36,915 nucleotides of DNA from an uncultured Planctomycetaceae bacterium (GTDB taxonomy: Bacteria > Planctomycetota > Planctomycetia > Planctomycetales > Planctomycetaceae), in assembly GCA_963976765.1 (NCBI GenBank), contig CAXBME010000019.1, positions 124,001-160,915 on the forward strand, given 5' to 3'. Positions 28,093 to 36,915 of the stretch are shown piece by piece. Position 1 is the first letter of the stretch. Each line of letters begins with the position of its first letter. Position numbers and translations under genes: made by a program. The notes under the pieces were generated by a model. The model saw only the letters and a program-made list of their open reading frames with translations, was not told the DNA's origin and searched no databases.

Positions 28093-28574
28093 TGAACGAC
28101 ACGAGTGAAGTGAAGTCGAGATTGCCGCGTGCAAGTATGTTTGCGTCTTTTCGGATGATTTACGCAAGTGTGACGCTGGGGTTAATCGTTATGGCAATGT
28201 TGTCGGGATGTTCCGGCAGCAGCGGGCCGCAGCGTTATGAAGTCTCTGGCAGTGTGACCTATGACGGCAAACCTGTGCCGAAAGGTTTTGTCACGTTCTA
28301 TCCAGACTCCGAAGAGGGCAACAGTGGACCAGGCGGAGGTGCTGAAATTCGTGATGGTGTTTATAGAACTGCTGCCGGGAAGGGAGTCGTTGGCGGGCCG
28401 CACCGTATTCGGATCATCGGCTTTGACGGGATCGCGAGAACAGAATCGGGCGAGGAGCTGGCCGACGGTGCCTCATTGTTTACGCCGTATGAAAGTTCGA
28501 TCGATTTTCCGAAGGCGGATACGGTCCAGAACTTCGAAATTCCGAGCAATGCTGTTTCGGCATCAGGTGAGTAA
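28089..28574 (+). CDS. Lipoprotein partner of DUF1559 (carboxypeptidase-regulatory-like fold)
   Basis: LSG-C lipobox, VSGSVTYDGKPV..G.V.F.P and G...GPHRIRI. ATGA overlap with the upstream gene. Confidence 0.85.
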   Translation: MMNDTSEVKSRLPRASMFASFRMIYASVTLGLIVMAMLSGCSGSSGPQRYEVSGSVTYDGKPVPKGFVTFYPDSEEGNSGPGGGAEIRDGVYRTAAGKGVVGGPHRIRIIGFDGIARTESGEELADGASLFTPYESSIDFPKADTVQNFEIPSNAVSASGE

Positions 28575-28904
28575 GCGGATTGTTTCGGTCGTCAACCCGG
28601 GGCGACCTTACGTGGATCAGACAGTCAATCTGTTGTGATTGCTGTCGGACACGCCAACAGATCAGTCATTCGTAACCCGCCCCGACTATGTTACCCACCC
28701 GAACGACACCGTGATTGTCATGGCACATCAAGATGCTGCTCCGCAACTGAGTCAGAGTTTCGCAACCGACGAGATAGTTTACCGCGGTGCAAGGGGCTAA
28801 GCATTAGTTTCCTGAGTTCCAAAGTCGGAAATCATGGTGTCGGGCGTCAAGACGTCTGAATGCAGTCTTGGCGTCAGCGCTGTCGCCTGTCTGGCAAGGT
28901 GTGG

Positions 28905-28970
28905 GCCTGCCTGTTTGGCGATCTTGCGACTCGTCACCAGCTTGATGAAGTCCCCGCTTCTGTTCAGCAG
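28905..28970 (-). pseudogene. Isolated diverged fragment of the helicase C-terminal coding region
   Basis: 52/66 nt identical, ungapped, to 31718-31783. Translates to LLNRSGDFIKLVTSRKIAKQAG versus LLNFGGDFNKLVTTRKIAKQEG in the helicase. Confidence 0.8.
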
Positions 28971-28992
28971 GTTCGTTGTTGCCAGTTTGCGA

Positions 28993-30195
28993 TTACCGAA
29001 TCAGTACTGGTGTTGTGAAGATGGAGTCGCTGCGGATTTCGGTCTGTCCTTTGACCACCGTTGGATCAAAGAACGGAGCTGGCTGGACGGTGACGTGTCG
29101 CTTGCTGGGGTTTCCTGTCAATCGCACATCCATAATGCGGACTCCGACGAATCGGCTGATCTCGTAGGTCGCGTTGTTGCCGGGGCCAGAGACGCTGGTG
29201 AAGAGCGGGATGGCTTTGACCGCGCCGATCACGTCTTTTAGGGCAGCCTCGATACCGGCACTGATTCCTGTGTCGCCGTTGAGTTGCAGCGGTTCGCCGT
29301 CGAATCGAATTTCGCCGTCGAACCAGGCAAGATCGCTGGCGTTGATGCCTTCTCGAATCTGTCGTTTCAGATCGGCTGTGCTGTTGCCAGGGTTGCCGAT
29401 ATCGACCGTGCCTCGATTTCCCGGAGGGAGCGAACTGCTGCCTGAAGGGTAGATGTTCACTTCGAGGATTCCGTCGGGCGAGTTGGCGACTTTATTCAGT
29501 CCGGCATCGAACTCGTAGTCGTCGTTTCCGACTCCTGAGAGCAGACTGTTCCAGGACGTTTCGTCCAGAGCGATCGGCAGGATGTCGGACCGCGATGAGC
29601 TGTCAGGGGAAATGCGAAAGCCGACACCAGGCATGATCGCTGCGGCCGCGACGGCGGTGAGGCCAGCATCGGAGTGGCCAATGACAGGAGCAAAAAACAG
29701 TGGCAGCGGGCCGTCCATCATCTGGCCGTTGATATCGACGGCGCTCCCGCGGTCGCGGTGCACGGTGACTTCAACCAGTGTGTACGGCGTCGCTCCCCAG
29801 ACCTCGGCCCATCGTTGCTCGTCCGGCAACCACTGGTACTGCCCAAGTCGAACATCCCGAGTGACATCGATATAGGTCGACTCAATTCCGCCGGCAGAGT
29901 TGGATGCAGCAATAGTTCTTGCCGTAGACTTTGAGTTTGTCTGAATGTCTGTGGAACTCAGAGTCGGCGCGAGCCCGGTTCCGGGGCCGAGTTCCGTGGC
30001 ACCGGCAAGAGCAGCCGCATCGCACGCGTTATGCATTTGTGCCAGCGTCAACGCGATCCAGCCAATGTCGACGGTAAAGGATGCAAAGGCCAGAACCATC
30101 ACCAGCACGGCTGCGGAAAGAACAAGAATGCCTCCTTCACGATCGTTGGCTGACGAAAACATATGGCCAAAGGACGCTCGGTTTGTGATTTTCAT
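28993..30195 (-). CDS. TadG-like Flp pilus assembly protein
   Basis: REGGILVL...VDIG...QMHNACDAAALAGA Tad N-terminal signature and LPLFFAPVIG. GGAG SD. Confidence 0.85.
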   Translation of the reverse strand: MKITNRASFGHMFSSANDREGGILVLSAAVLVMVLAFASFTVDIGWIALTLAQMHNACDAAALAGATELGPGTGLAPTLSSTDIQTNSKSTARTIAASNSAGGIESTYIDVTRDVRLGQYQWLPDEQRWAEVWGATPYTLVEVTVHRDRGSAVDINGQMMDGPLPLFFAPVIGHSDAGLTAVAAAAIMPGVGFRISPDSSSRSDILPIALDETSWNSLLSGVGNDDYEFDAGLNKVANSPDGILEVNIYPSGSSSLPPGNRGTVDIGNPGNSTADLKRQIREGINASDLAWFDGEIRFDGEPLQLNGDTGISAGIEAALKDVIGAVKAIPLFTSVSGPGNNATYEISRFVGVRIMDVRLTGNPSKRHVTVQPAPFFDPTVVKGQTEIRSDSIFTTPVLIR

Positions 30196-30267
30196 GGCGG
30201 TAACTCCGGGAAGGCTGGAATGGCTTGTCGCATTTCAAGAACGCTGGCCCGCCAACTTTTGAGATGA

Positions 30268-30987
30268 TTACTCGGGCGAGTGTTCATGCACAATTCGCGG
30301 CGTGTCGTCGGTCATGACGATGCCTTCCTGGGAGTAATACCGAATCTTTGTCAGAACGAGTTTCCTGACACGATGAGAGGCAAACGCGACACGCGAGTTC
30401 GCCACTGAAACACTCGGGCTATAGGCATTCAGGTTTTGCAACCCGGTACTGGATTGAGTTTTCAGATATCCATTGCCGCCAAAGGTTAACCAGCTCTTCG
30501 AGTCTCCGTTCTCGATTCGAAATTCAATGTGTCCGTCGTTAATCGTCATCGAAGATGTAAACGTGACAACTTCGTTAGGGTGATAGAGTTTCTGTTGCTG
30601 CGGTGTCGAGCTGTAGCCGGAAATCCAGTCTCGATACCAGCGCTGCAGCTGCATGCCGCCAGCCGTGTAGTTGGGGTATGTCGCATGATTCAATTCAAAA
30701 ACTGAATGTTCGCGTTCGAGGTTTCCGACAGGAGAAAGCACGGTCACGATTTGTGGAGCTTGATCTTCCGGAGCGGGAGTGCCGATTTCGACTCGCCAGT
30801 CTTCTTTTACCTGAACGATTGGTGGTCCATCCGCAGTGACCGGTGAAGTGGTCGTTAAGCAGGCTGCGGCAAAGATCAGCCACCGAGTCATTCTGAGGAG
30901 AGCTCGACAGGCTGCCGCTTGCAGATTAGTGAAGACCTGCCTCGTTGAAATTGCCGTGGAGCGGCAGTGAAGAAGGAAAGAATTCAT
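30268..30987 (-). CDS. Secreted hypothetical beta-rich protein
   Basis: ATG 30987 has a GAGAGGT SD (alternative start 30891), followed by a hydrophobic signal-like segment. The ORF-track extension to 31092 runs through the riboswitch. Confidence 0.75.
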   Translation of the reverse strand: MNSFLLHCRSTAISTRQVFTNLQAAACRALLRMTRWLIFAAACLTTTSPVTADGPPIVQVKEDWRVEIGTPAPEDQAPQIVTVLSPVGNLEREHSVFELNHATYPNYTAGGMQLQRWYRDWISGYSSTPQQQKLYHPNEVVTFTSSMTINDGHIEFRIENGDSKSWLTFGGNGYLKTQSSTGLQNLNAYSPSVSVANSRVAFASHRVRKLVLTKIRYYSQEGIVMTDDTPRIVHEHSPE

Positions 30988-31009
30988 AGCAGCACCTCTC
31001 GAAAAGAAG

Positions 31010-31163
31010 CCGTTCGGTAGCTGGGCGGTCTCGAATCGCCACGTCGATGTTGATCGGCGTGGCATGTGGTGAAGTGGATTCTTCGCCACCAAGAAGCGGA
31101 TTCGCTTCGCCGAGATCCCTTGCTTTGCGTCCTCACCTCACGGTGAGTTTGCCTGTTCGTGGT
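31010..31163 (-). ncRNA. c-di-GMP-I (GEMM-I) riboswitch with enlarged P3
   Basis: Minus strand reads CACGAACA-GGCAAAC-TCACC-GTGA-GGTGAG-GACGCAAAGC-AAGGG-ATCTCG-[77 nt]-CGAGAC-CGCCC-AGCTACC-GAA. It has the GGCAAAC and GACGCAAAGC hallmarks, a GNRA loop on a perfect stem and the GCTACC 3' end, and it lies in a 5' leader. Confidence 0.85.
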
Positions 31164-31504
31164 CCATCGAAGGCTGTTGCGCGACAGCCTGCAGTCTGTT
31201 ACAGCTCGACGCTCGATCGCGATAGCGCCACTGATCTCCCTCCGTCCGGGAGGAATGTGCTGCAACTCAACCATGCTTCAGAAAAATGCTTGCGGGCGGA
31301 AATTTCCCCCGGAAAACGTGAAAGATGACGGTCCTTCAGCGAGTGTCCGGGAGCATGCTGACTCCACGGCCGCAGTGTCCGTTTTCGGATTTACCTGCCA
31401 CTCGTTGATGTCTTGCCTGAGAATTTCGAGCCATGCCTGACAGTTAGGAATATCAGGCACGCAGGCACCTGCCGCTCGACCGATTCGCGTGTGTCGATTG
31501 GAAC

Positions 31505-34306
<2,802 letters not shown>

Positions 34307-34714
34307 GTCTGATTTCTGACGAGGTTGAGGACACCCCATTAAGGGCAAAGAATTTGGAACGTAGTCAGGTGCTGCCGCGAACTTTACTACGTCGTAGCGG
34401 TCGAGCAAGGAGGTTCGCCATTTGGTACGCGAGTGAGCGTATCGCTCAATGTTGAGCTGCGTCTTGTGATCAGATTTCTGGGTGCATTTTTTACCATAGG
34501 TGCAGGAACTTTCGAATGTCGCCTTTGTAATCCATCTACTTTCCGGTGCTTCGCCTCAACAGTAAACTCAGATAACAGCTTTGAGGTGAAACTCTGTGGC
34601 CATGGGGTTTAGGGGTCTCTTTAGTGTAAGTGTTCAGTGTTTGTTTGAGGCTTATGTGGCAATAGGCAGATTATTGCGGAGAGTGGGTGTATTTGTACTC
34701 GCTGCCTGTTGGGT

Positions 34715-34754
34715 ATTCTACATCAGTTGACCTGTGAGAATTCTACGTCACAAT
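34715..34754 (+). promoter_or_regulatory. Possible promoter with overlapping repeats upstream of the second DUF1559 gene
   Basis: TTGACC-16 nt-CACAAT, TGTGA-N10-TCACA (34733-34752), and direct repeat ATTCTAC(A/G)TCA at 34715 and 34740. Confidence 0.3.
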
Positions 34755-34833
34755 CATGGCCCCACCAGCAGTGGGCGGTTTATGTTGAGTTGTTGATTCG
34801 AATACACGACTCCCAGCTCGCTCGCACTGCTGT

Positions 34834-34900
34834 TTCCACCCTCCTTAATACCTCTGCGCTTCCACCTCCTTAATACCTCTGCGCTTCCACCATCCTTGAT
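34834..34900. repeat. Tandem 25-26 bp repeat, about 2.6 copies
   Basis: TTCCACCCTCCTTAATACCTCTGCGC / TTCCACCTCCTTAATACCTCTGCGC / TTCCACCATCCTTGAT. Confidence 0.9.
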
Positions 34901-34999
34901 CAGGATGCCGGAAAATGTGGGCGTATCTATAAATCATCCATGAGACAAATTCGCGTCGATCATTCACTGTCTACTTTTAAGTCAAAAGGTAAAAGTTAC

Positions 35000-36004
35000 A
35001 TGAAACACCGGAATTTACTGCAGCGACGGACACGGGCGTTTACTCTGATTGAGTTGTTAGTGGTAATCGCAATTATTGCGATTCTTGTTGCGTTGCTGTT
35101 GCCTGCTGTTCAGCAGGCTCGCGAGGCTGCTCGGCGTTCGCAGTGTAAGAGCAACCTAAAGCAGTTTGGGATTGCCATGCACAATTATCATGATGTTCAT
35201 GGTATGTTGCCGCTTGGTAACTTCGGGTCAGTGCATGATTCCAGTTCGGGGGCTAACGCATGGCGAGGCTTCAGCGCACACGCCATGCTGCTGCCGTTTA
35301 TGGATCAGACGCCACTTTATGAGTCGATGGACTTAAATGTTCGCTATGACATGGCGCCAAATACGGCTCTCAGCAATACAAAGATTGCTGGGTTCCTCTG
35401 CCCGTCGGATCTTGCTTTTCCTGGAGCTGACTCAGGTAATAACTACGTTGTGAGTGCTGGTCCGGCACGGTTCTGGACGGAGTCGTATGCAGATTCTGTG
35501 GGAGTTTTCAACTACCGTGAACCGGTCCGGTTTCGGGATATTACTGATGGCACCTCAAATGCAATTGCAGCCTCTGAGTCATTGACAGGGGCTAATGCGA
35601 CGACGCCGGATAACGGGCGGAAAGAAGCCAGAGGGGTATCATTTCCGGGTGGTTCAGCTCGTGTCTTTATGTCCAAAACGCACGTTGATGCGTATGCCAC
35701 AAGCTGTACTGGAGCAGGCACTTTTCATACACACGTTCGCCGTGAATGGATGAATGGAACTGGTGGCCAGACGGTGTTCAACACAACTGCACCACCGAAC
35801 TGGGATGCTCCGGATTGTCATGAATGTACTGGGTGCGGTTGGTACGATACTGATGGAGTCTGGGCTGCACGAAGTATGCATACAGGCGGTGTTCATGTTC
35901 TGCTTGCAGATGGAGCTGTAAAGTTTGTTAACGATTCGATCGATTTTGACCTGTGGCAGCGCGCTGGTCATACCCAGGATGGGAATGAGCTCGGCGATTT
36001 CTAG
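35000..36004 (+). CDS. DUF1559 prepilin-type N-methylation protein with H-X9-DG motif
   Basis: AFTLIELLVVIAIIAILVALLLPAVQQAREAARR, CPSD, DITDGTSN and HTGGVHVLLADG. Likely start ATG 35000. Confidence 0.95.
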   Translation: MKHRNLLQRRTRAFTLIELLVVIAIIAILVALLLPAVQQAREAARRSQCKSNLKQFGIAMHNYHDVHGMLPLGNFGSVHDSSSGANAWRGFSAHAMLLPFMDQTPLYESMDLNVRYDMAPNTALSNTKIAGFLCPSDLAFPGADSGNNYVVSAGPARFWTESYADSVGVFNYREPVRFRDITDGTSNAIAASESLTGANATTPDNGRKEARGVSFPGGSARVFMSKTHVDAYATSCTGAGTFHTHVRREWMNGTGGQTVFNTTAPPNWDAPDCHECTGCGWYDTDGVWAARSMHTGGVHVLLADGAVKFVNDSIDFDLWQRAGHTQDGNELGDF

Positions 36005-36124
36005 TCAGACTGGTGTCTGTTTTTTTAAATGCTTCCCGACTTCTCATTGGAGCAGTCGGGGTTTTGTATAAGCGTTGCGCCCTGTGTTTTTACTGGTGGC
36101 GTGCTGAATTACAAACCGGAGTGA

Positions 36125-36484
36125 ATGATGCTTTCAAGAATGTTGATGTCCAGAGCGTGGGTGCTTGCCATTGTCGTCGTTGGATGCATTTCGATGATTG
36201 GCGGATGTGGTAGTGGAGACGGAGTTCAGTCAGCCGAAGCTGACATTAGCGTCGAAGAACAGGCTGCTGTTGATTCTCAGGCTGCGCTGAAGCAGCTCTT
36301 GGAATCAGTTTCAGCCAGTGGCGAAGGTGGAAGTGCCATCGCTGGTGTGGGAAGCTCAATTGAGAATCTGACGATTGATGACGCGAAAAAGCAAAGTCTC
36401 TTGAAGGCCTATGACGAATTGAACTCGACAACGGATCCAGCCAGGGTCAAAGCGGTTGCGAGCCAGATGGCCTCGCAACTGTAA
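36125..36484 (+). CDS. Small helical lipoprotein downstream of DUF1559
   Basis: Hydrophobic N-terminus with IGG-C lipobox, then an amphipathic helical C-terminus. Confidence 0.7.
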   Translation: MMLSRMLMSRAWVLAIVVVGCISMIGGCGSGDGVQSAEADISVEEQAAVDSQAALKQLLESVSASGEGGSAIAGVGSSIENLTIDDAKKQSLLKAYDELNSTTDPARVKAVASQMASQL

Positions 36485-36915
36485 ATCACAGCATGGCTGT
36501 TCTGGTTTCTAACAGGCAAACGCAGCCGGTAATCGGGTTCGGTGTTTTTGGGACTTCGACAAGTCCGATGGTTAACCGGCAATTTTCCGACGATCATGCT
36601 GACGTCGTTAAATGTGTGGTGCTGGTGATACTGGGATTTCAAAGAGAGATCGCTCTACGCAGTTCACTCAAAATCTTTGCGATCTGCCTGGTTGTGGATG
36701 CTCAGGCACTCTAACTTCGGGTTCAGTTCACCTTCAGGGCGATTGCATGACTTGCCATGCGATCGCTCTGCCTGTATCCCCAGGCTTGCAGATTGCCTGC
36801 CATGTCGCAATCGTCCTGGAGTATGTACAGAAAATCAGAAGAGTCGACACAGAACTGCTGTTGAGCTATTGTCAAATGTCGTGGCCTGAGACTGAATCAG
36901 GCGGCGTATTCCTGG

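Noticed and set aside
28843..28875. 11-bp hairpin between convergent genes
   Set aside because: Two G-U pairs and no U-tract; cannot be called a terminator.
30988..31092. N-terminal extension of ORF 30268..31092
   Set aside because: Overlaps the riboswitch; a strong SD supports ATG 30987.
31370..31400. Second GEMM-like start on the minus strand (GGTAAATCCGAAAACGGAC)
   Set aside because: Lacks GCAAAGC and the P3/3' elements, so it is not a tandem riboswitch.
34834..34900. Possible mini-CRISPR or rRNA fragment
   Set aside because: The units are head-to-tail with no spacers, there are no cas genes, and rRNA similarity is limited to about 10 nt.

Overview
A bacterial window, most likely from a Planctomycete. 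The inference rests on two DUF1559/H-X9-DG pilin-like genes with partner lipoproteins, a sulfatase, and a split b6-type cytochrome b. Bases 1-13032 hold one long minus-strand respiratory operon: Rieske protein, cytochrome b6-like subunit, extended subunit IV, membrane-anchored octaheme cytochrome c, cupredoxin-like lipoprotein, diheme cytochrome c lipoprotein, A2-type heme-copper oxidase subunits II and I, and heme A synthase (cut by the window edge). The remainder is mixed. It contains a D-glutamate cyclase-like gene, a frameshifted membrane-protein gene, a Cys/Tyr-rich secreted protein, a thioredoxin, an SdpAB-like (DUF5819/HTTM) pair, a NACHT-pentapeptide protein, a DUF3604 protein, a sulfatase, two DUF1559+lipoprotein cassettes, a TadG-like gene and a Ski2-like helicase. 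Several notable signals are invisible in the ORF track. (i) A c-di-GMP-I (GEMM-I) riboswitch with an unusual 77-nt three-hairpin insertion in P3 lies in front of a secreted-protein + TadG unit. (ii) A diverged 66-bp copy of the helicase 3' coding region lies on the far side of that unit, suggesting insertion into the helicase gene. (iii) A tandem repeat containing the 16S anti-SD sequence lies upstream of the second DUF1559 gene. All family calls come from motif recognition by eye; no searches were run.
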